Shown: piece after piece, positions 37,577 to 47,699 of the stretch
How positions within the stretch are numbered: position 1 is the first letter of the stretch
Layout of the letters: each line of letters opens with the position of its first letter
Program-made: the position numbers and the translations under genes
Source: an uncultured Gemmatimonadota bacterium
GTDB taxonomy: Bacteria; JAAXHH01
Length of the DNA: 64,000 nucleotides
Direction of reading: 5' to 3'
Assembly (NCBI GenBank): GCA_951812955.1
Contig: OX638340.1
Coordinates: forward strand, 2,752,001 to 2,816,000
The notes under the pieces: model-generated
Told to the model about the DNA's origin: nothing
What the model saw: only the letters and a program-made list of their open reading frames with translations
Database searches by the model: none

Positions 37577-37966
37577 CGCGTGATTGTGGATTGTTTGTGA
37601 ATAAATCGGGGTTGCGCTGCCCTGTCAAGCGTAACGTACACGGTAGTCGGGTTCGTGCCTAATCTCATACATAGTTAAAGGACCGGAGATCATGCACGAT
37701 CCCCGGTCCTTTAACTATAGTCCTCTGCGATCTAACCGTCAATCGGCTCTATCAGTCCGGACGGCGATACTTTCCTGCATCAACCACGGCCCATACCATG
37801 ACTACGAGCGGAACGGCGTACCGTCAACATTACGGGCGGAGGGTTGCGCGGTAAGTACAAAACTTGTCATTGCGGTTTTTTTTCGCGGGGCGGGTGCGAG
37901 GTGGGTACGTACGCGCACAAGCGTGCGCGCGTTCCGTAGTTGTGCTAAAAAGGAGTTGAATGTATT

Positions 37967-40321
37967 TTGTATCATAGGAGTTCTATGCCCCGTAAACTAC
38001 ACCGGGACCTCGGCATGACGAATACGATACCTTTTGCGGAACTTTCGGACCGGCTCAAGGACGACGATTTGCCGGAGATCCTGGTTCGGGATCATCTCGA
38101 CAGGATGGAGCCGGCCTATTTCGAGCGTTACGAGCCCGGGGTGATCCGTAGCCACATCGCGATGATCAGCCGGCTGGGACCTGAGAACGCCGCGGAGATC
38201 GAGGTAGAACCCCTGGGCGATTCGACGTGGCGGCTAACCGTCGTCGCTTTCGACAACCTGTCGGTGATGTCCATCCTGTCGGGACTCCTGGCGACCAGCG
38301 GATTGAGCATTCGCCGCGGGGACGTATTCACCTACGTGGACGCGGAACCGGCAAGCGATGCTCGCAAGCGGTCCCGTCGCCCTCAACGGCGGCGGCGCGT
38401 CGGTTCGGGCGCTCCGGCCGCTCCGCAGGGCATCACCTCGTCGTCGTTGCGTTCCCAGCGAAAGATCGTAGACGTATTCCGCGTGCACGCGCCATCGGAG
38501 TCGCCGTCGGACTGGCCCGCCGTTACGCGGGAAATCAAGGACGCCATGGGCAACCTGCGGTCGAACAGCGCCGGGGCGTTGCAGAGAAGGCTCAACGAGC
38601 GCGTCGTGGATTACCTCCGTCACGAGCGGGACGCGGAGCACTCCTCCATGTTCCCGGTGCATGTGGGGATCGACAATGATACCGTGTCCGGGGCGACCCG
38701 GCTCGACATCACGGGGCAGGACACGCCGGCGTTTCTGTACGCCCTTTCTACCGCCCTGGCCCTGCGCAATATTAACATTCGACGAATCGATATCGCGGCC
38801 GCCGGGATACAAGTGCAGGATACGCTCGAGGTGACCGACCGGCGGGGATCGAAAATCACCGATCCGCGGAAACTTCAGGAACTGCGATTCGTTATCACGC
38901 TCATCAAGCAGTTCACCCACCTGCTGACCCGGGCGCCGAATCCCGCCCAGGCCCTGGAACACTTCAATCAATTGATCGACCAGGTCCTGGCCAACGTACA
39001 GTCCGGCCGGGCGATGGAGGAGATGTTCGACCAGTTGGAGAAGCAGGAAGTAATCAGCGCGATGGCAAAGATTTTCGGCACGAGCGATTTCCTGTGGAAG
39101 GACTTCCTCAGGATGCAATACAAGAACCTGTTCCCCGTGCTGCAGGACATCAGGGTGGTGGGTATCGTAAGGTCGAGGGAGCAGATGGAAAGCGAACTGG
39201 CCGCGCGGTTGTCCAGGGTCGGAAGTTACGCCCGCCGCAAGGAACTGTTGAACCGGTACAAGGATAAGGAGATGCTGCGGATCAGCATGCGCCAGATCCT
39301 GGAGAATAACGAGGACATCCAGGCCTTTTCCCATGAACTCACCACGCTGGCCGAGGTGGTCCTGGAATCGGCCTTCGAGATCTGCGACCGGGAGCAGCGC
39401 CTTCAGTACGGTGGCCCGCTTTTGCCGTCCGGCGAGCCCTGCGTCTTCAGTATCTGCGCGCTGGGAAAATGCGGCGGCCGGGAACTGGGCTGGGCTTCAG
39501 ATATAGAACTGATGTTCGTTTACGCGGGACAGGGCACTACGCAAGGCCCCCAGGCCGTGTTGAATTCGGAGTATTACGAGCGTCTCGCGCGCATGATCTG
39601 CGGCACGATCGAATCACGGCGAGAGGGCCTGTTCGAGATCGACCTCAGGTTGCGGCCCTATGGCGACAAGGGTGCGCTGGCGTCGTCCCTGGAGAAGTTC
39701 AACGCGTATTTCAACGAAAAGGGAGGCGCTTTGCCCTACGAGCGCCACGCCCTGATCAAGCTGCGCGCCATCGGAGGCGATCCGGTCCTGGGCGCCGCCG
39801 TGGAAACAGCCCGCGATACATTCGTGTACAACGACGCCCCGGTCGACGGCAGGTCGTGGACCCACCTTCGCGAGCGTCAGAACGACGAACTGGTCGAAAC
39901 CGGCGCCATCAACGTCAAATACAGTTACGGTGGATTGATCGACATCGAGTATTACGTACAGGATCTGCAGATCCTCTACGGTGCTACGAACCCCTCTGTG
40001 CGCGGTCCGACGACCCTGGAGGCCATGGACGCCCTCAGCCGGGCCGGATACCTTGCAGACGAAGCGCGCAGCATGCTGGAACGGGCGTACGGGTTCCTTG
40101 TCAGGCTGATCAACGCCCTACGCATGGTACGCGGAAACGCAAAAGACCTGGTCCTTCCGGAAAAGTCGTCCCAGGAATTCCTGTTTCTCGCCCGTCGCCT
40201 CGGATACGAGGAGGGGAGCGGACCGGGACCGGACGAACAACTGCGGCAGGACATTGAACGGAACATGGAATGGGCGGCCATGGCGATGAGAACACGGTTC
40301 GTCCATAAGCTGTTCGACTGA
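37967..40321 (+). CDS. GlnE/GlnD-family nucleotidyltransferase with two N-terminal ACT-like domains
   Basis: NTase motif GKCGGRELGWASDIELMFVY and GlnE-domain signature FEIDLRLRPYGDKGALAS in the C-terminal half. Two ACT-like segments in the N-terminal half (LTVVAFDNLSVMSILSGLLATSGLSI; TPAFLYALSTALALRNINIRRIDI). Confidence 0.65.
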   Translation: MYHRSSMPRKLHRDLGMTNTIPFAELSDRLKDDDLPEILVRDHLDRMEPAYFERYEPGVIRSHIAMISRLGPENAAEIEVEPLGDSTWRLTVVAFDNLSVMSILSGLLATSGLSIRRGDVFTYVDAEPASDARKRSRRPQRRRRVGSGAPAAPQGITSSSLRSQRKIVDVFRVHAPSESPSDWPAVTREIKDAMGNLRSNSAGALQRRLNERVVDYLRHERDAEHSSMFPVHVGIDNDTVSGATRLDITGQDTPAFLYALSTALALRNINIRRIDIAAAGIQVQDTLEVTDRRGSKITDPRKLQELRFVITLIKQFTHLLTRAPNPAQALEHFNQLIDQVLANVQSGRAMEEMFDQLEKQEVISAMAKIFGTSDFLWKDFLRMQYKNLFPVLQDIRVVGIVRSREQMESELAARLSRVGSYARRKELLNRYKDKEMLRISMRQILENNEDIQAFSHELTTLAEVVLESAFEICDREQRLQYGGPLLPSGEPCVFSICALGKCGGRELGWASDIELMFVYAGQGTTQGPQAVLNSEYYERLARMICGTIESRREGLFEIDLRLRPYGDKGALASSLEKFNAYFNEKGGALPYERHALIKLRAIGGDPVLGAAVETARDTFVYNDAPVDGRSWTHLRERQNDELVETGAINVKYSYGGLIDIEYYVQDLQILYGATNPSVRGPTTLEAMDALSRAGYLADEARSMLERAYGFLVRLINALRMVRGNAKDLVLPEKSSQEFLFLARRLGYEEGSGPGPDEQLRQDIERNMEWAAMAMRTRFVHKLFD

Positions 40322-40406
40322 TATGCTCGACGGACGACTTTCAACAGACGCTTACGACTGAGGCTTTCGACGGACGGCTCTGATTTTCACTACCTGGAAT
40401 GGCACA

Positions 40407-43400
40407 ATGAATCTGCGGCAAAACAAAATGAAGGTGGCATTGGTCCTGTCGGCCTCGTTGATCATGGCCGCGAGTCTTGCCGTCCTCATCCTGCTGAGTA
40501 CCGGCTGGGGCATGAACCTGGTCCGCCAGGCCGTGTTGCGGAATGTCCAGGAACGGCTCAACGGGCAGATTACGATCGAACGGATCGAGCTTGGTTTGAA
40601 GACGCACCTGGCGGTGCGGGGCGTATCTCTAGCCCTGGCGGAAAACCAGGGCGGCACGGAAGTCATGGGAGCGGATGAAATCCGGATTGGCTTCAACGCC
40701 TGGGACGCCCTGGTCGATGATGCGCCTCTCTACAGCGTCGATATCGACGGATTCCGCATGGCCTACTTCGAAGATGCCGCGGGGAGCGGGAAGAATACTC
40801 TGGACCTGCTGCTGGAGAGTCCGGCGCGCGGCGCGGAAGCGGCCGGGTCGTCTGAGGGAGAACAGTCCGGCCTGCCGATCGATCTGCGCGACCTGCGGAT
40901 CCGGAACGGACAGTTCCGCTATTTCGACCCCGCGGATTCCACGGCGGTGAGCGCCGGGGAAGTCGGTTTCCGCGGTGCCCTGCTCCAGCCGTTCAAGGTG
41001 GATGGCGAAATAGCCGCGGGGCATGTGGCTTTCAATATAGGAGGCTATGAAGACGCCGTCACGAATATGGAAGCGGCCGTTTACTTCGAAGAGGATGCCC
41101 TGACCATTCACGATCTGACGATGGAATTCGCCTATGGCCCCCCGATAGCGTTCCACGCGACCGGCGAGATCTCGACAGCGCGCGGGAATCCCGCCACACT
41201 GGATTTCGCCGCGAACGGACAGGTAGGCGCCATTCTGCGCGTCATAGGTTTTGAGAACGACATGCCCGGGATTTTCAGCATGACCGGGTCGCTGCGAAAC
41301 AGCCTTTCCGACCCCGACGTGAAGACCAGATTCATCTCGCCGGTGGTGCGAACGGAGTACGGCCCGTTCAATCTGGCCGCGGTGGACATGGCATATGGGC
41401 AGCATGTACTCACGGTAAGCCGGTTCCGGGGTAAGCATGAGGCCGGATGGATATCGGGAAGGGGCCTGCTCGATTTTAGCGGGGAATCAACCGGATACCG
41501 CCTGCAGTTGGAGTCTCCCGGAATCGCACTCCACGCATTGCCGCCGGTCCTCGCCGACAGCGGGAGCGAATTGGAGGGAGACGTGGGTCTGGCCTTCGAA
41601 ATGGAAGGAAGAGGGTTCGACGGCCCGCCTCGCCGGGCGGATCTGAACGCTTCTTCCTCCCTGGTGAGCATAAACGGCCTGCCGTTGCGGGAAGTCACGG
41701 CAATGGCCGAGTACCGCCGCGGACTGCTCTGGGCCGACCTTAGGGAAGCGTCTTTCCGGGCCGACGCCGAAGGCCGGCTCGGTACGGATGGAGAACTCCA
41801 GCTGACCGGTTCGGTCGACGTGAATGACATTGGAAACCTGCCCCCTCCGCTGGACATCGCCGGGCTTCGAGGTACGGCCAGACTGGATACCTACCTGCTG
41901 GGCACGCTGCGGCGGCCGACCGTCCGACTGGCCGGTTGGGTCAGCGAAATGGCCTATGGCGATGTCCCGTTCGGTGAGACGAAGATCGAGGGATTCCTCG
42001 ACGAAGTACGCAACCTGACGATCAATGCCGTGCTGGACAGGCTGGAGATCTATGCCAGGACGAGCCTGGCCGGGGACCCGGCCGTCACCGGTTATTTCAA
42101 CCTGCATGATCTCAGACTCGGCGATTACCTCTGGGACGATCCCGGCTGGGGGCTGGATGCCATCCTTCGCATGCAGGGCGATATTTCCGGTACCGTTCAG
42201 CAGCCTGTCGTTACCGGAAAGGGTACTGTACGGAGCCTGGTGATCCGAAACGAAGACCTGGGCGGCACCGATCTGGACATGACGATTACCAGGGACCGCC
42301 TGGAATTCTCCATGACGCGAAACCCAGGACCTACTGTTTCGGCGGAAGGGTCCATCGAGCTGACCGGGCAATACCCCTACGATTTGCGGCTCGAACTTCT
42401 TCAGACTTCGCTGTCTCCGCTCCTCTCCATACTCTCCAAAAAACCGATTGAGGGCGGCACCGGCACGTTCAGCGGGAACATACATGCCGTGGGACTGGCC
42501 GGATATCCGGACCGGTCCACCGTAACGGTCTCCCTCGATTCGCTGGGTATCCTGATGGACGGCCGCGAACTGCATTTCGCCGCTCCCTCCACCGTGAAAC
42601 TCGAGAACCAGGTCGTTACCGTGGACGAATTCAGACTGACGGGTGATTTCGGCGAGGTAACGGTCAACGGTACGGCGAGTCTGGCCGCCGAAGGCCGGGT
42701 CGACCTCGAAACCGTTCTGGAGGGCGTACGGCTGGAGTTTTTCTCGCCTTTCCTTGTGTCCGACGGTACGTTCAGCGGCTCCACGGATGGGGTGATCTCC
42801 CTGAGTGGGACCCCGGCCGTCCCCAGGATCAACGGCCTGTTTACTATTTCGGACGTGAGTTACACATTGAACGAAAAAACGAACCTCCTGGGTACGGTGA
42901 CCGGATCGGTGCTCTACTCAGACCGGTCGATCAAGGTCCCCGTCCTGTCCCTGCATACCCTGCTGGGATTGTCGGAGATCAATCTGACCTATCCCATCGA
43001 TCTCGGGTGGGCGCCGGGCGGTCAGCCGGAATCACCTCCGCCCGGTGACAGATACGCGGCCGCCCTGGTCATGGATAACCTGGCCGTAGCGCCCCTGAGG
43101 GAGTTCTTCGAGGTGGTGCCGGCCGATCTGGACGGATACATCAAGGGCAGGATCGACATGAACGGCTCGGTCCGGGACCGGAGCGATCTGGCGGGGAACG
43201 TGGCACTGGATTCACTGAAGCTGTTCGGCCTGCAAAACGAGTTCGTCAATACCCATCCGGTCAGTCTGCAATTCGACGGGACCCATATCCATATGGATTC
43301 GCTGTCCGCCGTGATACGCAATAAAAACCAGCCCGATGACGAGCGGGGCCGCCTTACGTTGAACGGCCGCCTGGCGTACGGCATCGGCGGGACCGAAACG

Positions 43401-45119
43401 GGTGAGTCCGATTTCACCATCCGGGGCGAGGCCTTCCGTATGGACGCCGTCATGGCGCTTACGAATCTCGACCTGCCTCTGGGGGGTAACGTGAATACCC
43501 GGATCGAAGTCACCGGACCGGCATCCGCCCAGGTCATTGACGCCCGCGTTTCCGTGGATCAACTGAGATACAACGAGGCCGTCCTGGACAGCGTAGCCGC
43601 CCATATGGTGCATAGCGGTGGGGAAATCGACATCCGGGATCTGCGAATCCGCAAGGGGGACGATACCATCACCGCCCACGGCATCATACCCTTGGACACC
43701 GGCCGCGACGAACGGACAGGTAATGCGGCCGGATCGGGGGATATCGCCCTGACCGTGGAAGGAGAGGACGTCGACCTGTCGTTCCTGAGTGGTATTGTCT
43801 ACGATCTCGAACGCATCGAGGGTAAGGCCGACATCCGCCTGTCCATCGGTGGAACGCCATCTGCTCCACGGTCGGTTGGCCGGATTTCCGTGCGAAACGC
43901 GGCGCTGCGGTTCCGTGAGATCGAGCCGATGTTCCGGGCCGGCGAACTCGAGATTGAAGTCGACGGAAGTGCTTTCAAGTTAAATCCGGTTGCGATCCGC
44001 GCGGGTGACGGCACGGTCCGTTTGTCCGGCGACATCATGACGGATAATCTGTCCTTTGCCGAAATCAAAGCATATGCCGATTTCAGTCAGGCTGAAGTGG
44101 AGCGCCTCGGTTCGGCATTGCTCGTAATCGACGGATCGCTGGCCTGGACCGGAACCCGGGATCGTTCACGGGTTTACAACGTGGCCGACCCGCTCGTCAT
44201 AAGCGGAGTGGTCATGCATCCGCTTAATCTGGGTGAATTACTGCTCGACAACGCGATCATACGTCCGCAGGACGCGCCCGACCCATTCCTGGAAAGCATC
44301 GCGTTGGACATCGCCGTGGACGTGACCAATCTGGATGTCGAGAACAACGTCGCCCAATTGACCGTCGAAGGGGGCGTGGCCTTCGGCAATACGGCGCAGA
44401 ATCCCCTGGTGACCGGAAATGCCATCGCCAGGGAAGACGGACTGATCAAGTACCTCGGTACCACCTTCGAACTGGATGCCGGCCGGATCGACCTGACCAG
44501 GCGTGTGCCGCTGGAGAGCTTCACCGCGTTGATCGAGTACCCTGTGGCACAGCTCGACCCGGTGCTCACCATACAAGCCCGAGCCCCCCGCGTGCGGGAC
44601 ATATATGGGACCGATTACGAAGTGGAACTGCTCGCGTCAGGACCGGTATCGACGGTAACGCCTCAGTTACGGGCGGTGCCGTTCGACGAATCCAGTCCGA
44701 CCTACTGGGCTTCCGGGCCGCTGGCCGGTCCCGAGGTCATATCCCTGTTGACTTTCGGCATGGCCGGACTCACCTCCCTGGGCACGCCGGATGCGATGGC
44801 CGGTATGGGAAGCAGGGCTATTTTGATGGCCACCGGGGCATCGGCGGAGCGGTTTTTGAAAATCGACCAGGTCCAGATCGAGGGTGATCTTTTCTCGGGA
44901 GGCGGCGACGAAACCGGATCGCCCGCGCAGATTACACTAAGCAAGCGGATCAACCGGCGCGCCCGGGTCAGCTACACCCGTCTGTTCGAATCTTCGGAAT
45001 ACACGTTGCGGGTAGGATACCAGTTGACGGATTTCGTGTTCATCGAGACCTTTTCCGAACAACTGGGCGAACATCCTCAGAATGGGATAGACCTCCGAGT
45101 TAAATTCCGATTTCGCTAA
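40407..45119 (+). CDS. tamB: Translocation and assembly module protein TamB (DUF490/AsmA-like)
   Basis: 1570 aa. N-terminal TM anchor, long beta-rich periplasmic region, and a C-terminal DUF490-like block (RINRRARVSYTRLFESSEYTLRVGYQLTDFVFIETFSEQ...LRVKFRFR). Confidence 0.8.
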   Translation: MNLRQNKMKVALVLSASLIMAASLAVLILLSTGWGMNLVRQAVLRNVQERLNGQITIERIELGLKTHLAVRGVSLALAENQGGTEVMGADEIRIGFNAWDALVDDAPLYSVDIDGFRMAYFEDAAGSGKNTLDLLLESPARGAEAAGSSEGEQSGLPIDLRDLRIRNGQFRYFDPADSTAVSAGEVGFRGALLQPFKVDGEIAAGHVAFNIGGYEDAVTNMEAAVYFEEDALTIHDLTMEFAYGPPIAFHATGEISTARGNPATLDFAANGQVGAILRVIGFENDMPGIFSMTGSLRNSLSDPDVKTRFISPVVRTEYGPFNLAAVDMAYGQHVLTVSRFRGKHEAGWISGRGLLDFSGESTGYRLQLESPGIALHALPPVLADSGSELEGDVGLAFEMEGRGFDGPPRRADLNASSSLVSINGLPLREVTAMAEYRRGLLWADLREASFRADAEGRLGTDGELQLTGSVDVNDIGNLPPPLDIAGLRGTARLDTYLLGTLRRPTVRLAGWVSEMAYGDVPFGETKIEGFLDEVRNLTINAVLDRLEIYARTSLAGDPAVTGYFNLHDLRLGDYLWDDPGWGLDAILRMQGDISGTVQQPVVTGKGTVRSLVIRNEDLGGTDLDMTITRDRLEFSMTRNPGPTVSAEGSIELTGQYPYDLRLELLQTSLSPLLSILSKKPIEGGTGTFSGNIHAVGLAGYPDRSTVTVSLDSLGILMDGRELHFAAPSTVKLENQVVTVDEFRLTGDFGEVTVNGTASLAAEGRVDLETVLEGVRLEFFSPFLVSDGTFSGSTDGVISLSGTPAVPRINGLFTISDVSYTLNEKTNLLGTVTGSVLYSDRSIKVPVLSLHTLLGLSEINLTYPIDLGWAPGGQPESPPPGDRYAAALVMDNLAVAPLREFFEVVPADLDGYIKGRIDMNGSVRDRSDLAGNVALDSLKLFGLQNEFVNTHPVSLQFDGTHIHMDSLSAVIRNKNQPDDERGRLTLNGRLAYGIGGTETGESDFTIRGEAFRMDAVMALTNLDLPLGGNVNTRIEVTGPASAQVIDARVSVDQLRYNEAVLDSVAAHMVHSGGEIDIRDLRIRKGDDTITAHGIIPLDTGRDERTGNAAGSGDIALTVEGEDVDLSFLSGIVYDLERIEGKADIRLSIGGTPSAPRSVGRISVRNAALRFREIEPMFRAGELEIEVDGSAFKLNPVAIRAGDGTVRLSGDIMTDNLSFAEIKAYADFSQAEVERLGSALLVIDGSLAWTGTRDRSRVYNVADPLVISGVVMHPLNLGELLLDNAIIRPQDAPDPFLESIALDIAVDVTNLDVENNVAQLTVEGGVAFGNTAQNPLVTGNAIAREDGLIKYLGTTFELDAGRIDLTRRVPLESFTALIEYPVAQLDPVLTIQARAPRVRDIYGTDYEVELLASGPVSTVTPQLRAVPFDESSPTYWASGPLAGPEVISLLTFGMAGLTSLGTPDAMAGMGSRAILMATGASAERFLKIDQVQIEGDLFSGGGDETGSPAQITLSKRINRRARVSYTRLFESSEYTLRVGYQLTDFVFIETFSEQLGEHPQNGIDLRVKFRFR

Positions 45120-45242
45120 ACCTCTATCTTTGCTTGAAGAAACGACAGGGCACCAGACGGTCAGGCGATTCACATGGTAGAAGGTATGCGTCTTTCCTCG
45201 AAGTCATCCGGTTCCACACGGTGCGGGCCCAATCCATACTGG

Positions 45243-47048
45243 ATGAGGTACCTGGTTGCGGCCTGTCCGCTCCTGGTCCTGTCGATCCTGGTCGCCGCTC
45301 CGGCGCATCCCCAACAGTCCCTCATCGTCGACCGCATCCTGATCGAAGGCAATGCGGCCATCCCGGAAGACCGGATTCTCGATCTGATCGAGACCAGAAC
45401 GGACGGGATACTGCGCAGCGGAAGGATGAACAACGCCGTATGGCGGACCGACCTGGACGCGATCGGGAGTTTCTACATGAACAGCGGATTTCTGGAAGCC
45501 CGGATCCGGTACATTCGCGAGCGTATTGAAGCGGATCGGATCGAGTTGAGGATCGTTATCGACGAGGGCCCCAGATACACCGTGCGCGCGGTCAATCTGC
45601 ATGGCTTCGGATTCCTTGCCGAGGATGAGATCAGGCAAAGCCTTCTGACGAGGGAAGGCCAGGTATTCTACCGGCTGTTCACCGCGACGGACAAGCGCTA
45701 TATCCAGCGTCTCGGCGACCGCAGGGCATTGCTCGACATGACGGTTGACTATCAAGTCGTGCAGCATCCGGAAGATCATACGGTGACGGTCAATTTCCTG
45801 GTCGTCGAAGGCCATCCGATCCGTGTGGGCGACATAAGGGTCGGGGGTCTGAGGAAGACGCAGCGAAACGTGGTGATCCGTGAATTGGAGATCGAATCGG
45901 GAGAGCTGTACGATAACGGGAAAATATCTTTGAGCCAGACCCGGCTCTTCCAGACGGGATTGTTCCGAAGCGTGCGCCTGTCACCCGTGGAAAGCGACAC
46001 CGCCGCCAACGTGCGGGACCTGGTGGTGGAGGTTACCGAACTGCCCGGGGGGGAGGTGAGCTTCGGCGCCGGGTTCGCCTCGGCCGAACACTTCAGGGGC
46101 AGCTTCAGCGTCGCCTACCGGAACTGGCTGGGGCAGGGGATCACCATCGGCTCCAACGGTCAGATCAGCTCGCTATTGCAGCAAGTGGACACCGGAATCA
46201 CGCAGCCGTGGTTGTTCAGGACCCGGACGACGGGCATACTGCGGGCGTTTTACCGTCGTGAGGACCGGACCAGCCACTCCGAGCGCGAAGTAGGAATGTC
46301 CGTAGCGGTCAACCGCGAACTCTCCCGCACGTACCAGAGTCAACTGATCTATACCCTGAAAAACATCGAAGTTTCATCGCTCAGCGAGGAATTGACCGAA
46401 CTGCTTCGAAGCGGTTCGGAACCGGACAGCCTCCGGACCAGGCGCGAGGGCAGTCTGACCGGGGTCGTTACCTACGACACCCGGGACGATATCCTGAACC
46501 CGACGAGGGGATTCTACGGACAATTCCAAAGCAGCCTGGCCAGTCCGCTGCTCGGCAGTTCCACCCAGAATCGCAACTCGGTACTGACGATTATTGCCGT
46601 AGCCCGCAAATACCTGTCCGTTCCCAACGCCCCGGATTTCTCCACTTCCCTGACGTTCAGCTACGTGAAGGCGCTGGACGATAACCGGGTGCCCCTCGAT
46701 CGGAAACTCTTTATCGGCGGCGACCGGTCGGTGCGGGGTTTCAGGATCAACCAGATCGGCCAGCCCGATGGCGGACTGATCGCCATCAGCGCACAGAATG
46801 AAGTCCGTATTCCATTTCCCCTGTTTAGCCTGGCCGTGTTCGCGGACTGGGGCGGAGTTGGAAAGACAGTGGACACTTTCAGCTTCGACGATCTCCTCCT
46901 GGGCTACGGCGGCGGAATAAGGGTAAATTCGCCGATCGGGCTGATTCGAGGCGACGTGGGATTTCACAATCAAAGCAAGATCGACGTGCCAAATTCGAGA
47001 AAGTACGACCGGACCTTCTTCTACTTCGGCCTCGGCCAGGCGTTTTGA
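45243..47048 (+). CDS. tamA: Omp85-family outer membrane protein assembly factor (TamA/BamA-like; POTRA + beta-barrel)
   Basis: Signal peptide MRYLVAACPLLVLSILVAAPAHP. POTRA-like repeats. C-terminal beta-barrel ending ...DRTFFYFGLGQAF (aromatic terminus). Adjacent to tamB. ORF begins at 45174; an internal Met was chosen. Confidence 0.75.
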   Translation: MRYLVAACPLLVLSILVAAPAHPQQSLIVDRILIEGNAAIPEDRILDLIETRTDGILRSGRMNNAVWRTDLDAIGSFYMNSGFLEARIRYIRERIEADRIELRIVIDEGPRYTVRAVNLHGFGFLAEDEIRQSLLTREGQVFYRLFTATDKRYIQRLGDRRALLDMTVDYQVVQHPEDHTVTVNFLVVEGHPIRVGDIRVGGLRKTQRNVVIRELEIESGELYDNGKISLSQTRLFQTGLFRSVRLSPVESDTAANVRDLVVEVTELPGGEVSFGAGFASAEHFRGSFSVAYRNWLGQGITIGSNGQISSLLQQVDTGITQPWLFRTRTTGILRAFYRREDRTSHSEREVGMSVAVNRELSRTYQSQLIYTLKNIEVSSLSEELTELLRSGSEPDSLRTRREGSLTGVVTYDTRDDILNPTRGFYGQFQSSLASPLLGSSTQNRNSVLTIIAVARKYLSVPNAPDFSTSLTFSYVKALDDNRVPLDRKLFIGGDRSVRGFRINQIGQPDGGLIAISAQNEVRIPFPLFSLAVFADWGGVGKTVDTFSFDDLLLGYGGGIRVNSPIGLIRGDVGFHNQSKIDVPNSRKYDRTFFYFGLGQAF

Positions 47049-47108
47049 ACGGCGTAACCGGTCAAGTTTCCAAAATCGAGATGCCGCGAAGTCGCTGGGA
47101 GATGGGGC

Positions 47109-47699
47109 TTATTCGAGATTGGCATGGCGATCGAACATGTCGCCTTCGGTTTCATCGAGCCGCGCCATGATCAGCAGGACGCCGGCATCGAGAACCACAC
47201 CGAGGCTCTGTTCGAACAGCGTGCCCATCGGCTGGCGGGACTGGAGTTCCCGGTCGCCCGACACTTTCGTAGATTTCGGCGTAGGCGCTGGTATGACGAC
47301 GACGATGTCCGCCATCCGGGCGACGGGAGACGCGGAATCCGCGGTCGCTAACGCAACGCGCGCGCCGGCCTCGGCGGCTTTACCGGCATAGTGGACCAGC
47401 CGTTCCGTCACGCCCGATCCCGATCCGATCAGCAGCAAATCTCCCGATCCGATCGCCGGCGTGGTTGTTTCGCCCACCACGTGGACGGGCAGACCGAGTT
47501 GAGCAAGCCGCATGGCGAAGCTCCTCATGACCAGCCCGGAACGTCCCGCTCCTGCGACAAAGACCCGCCGGGCCTCGGTGACTTCCCGTGCCAGCGCTTC
47601 GACCTCTTCGCAGGAGACCTGGTTCAGAGTCCGCCGTATCTCGTCGAGAACTGTCCGCCGGATGTCGTCAAATGGGGAAGGGGATTTCTGGTTATTCAT
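47109..47699 (-). CDS. hxlB: 6-phospho-3-hexuloisomerase (SIS domain)
   Basis: SIS motifs VFVAGAGRSGLVMRSFAMRL and LLLIGSGSGVT; 196 aa. Overlaps the HPS gene. Confidence 0.75.
   Translation of the reverse strand: MNNQKSPSPFDDIRRTVLDEIRRTLNQVSCEEVEALAREVTEARRVFVAGAGRSGLVMRSFAMRLAQLGLPVHVVGETTTPAIGSGDLLLIGSGSGVTERLVHYAGKAAEAGARVALATADSASPVARMADIVVVIPAPTPKSTKVSGDRELQSRQPMGTLFEQSLGVVLDAGVLLIMARLDETEGDMFDRHANLE

Noticed and set aside
37692-38018. 108-aa ORF in the AT-richer region upstream of the GlnE-like gene
   Set aside because: Low-complexity, with no RBS or motif. Overlaps the likely promoter/5' region and the start of the GlnE-like gene.
38234-39334. 366-aa ORF antisense to the GlnE-like gene
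   Set aside because: Antisense to a gene with clear NTase/GlnE motifs. Composition is typical of out-of-frame GC-rich sequence.
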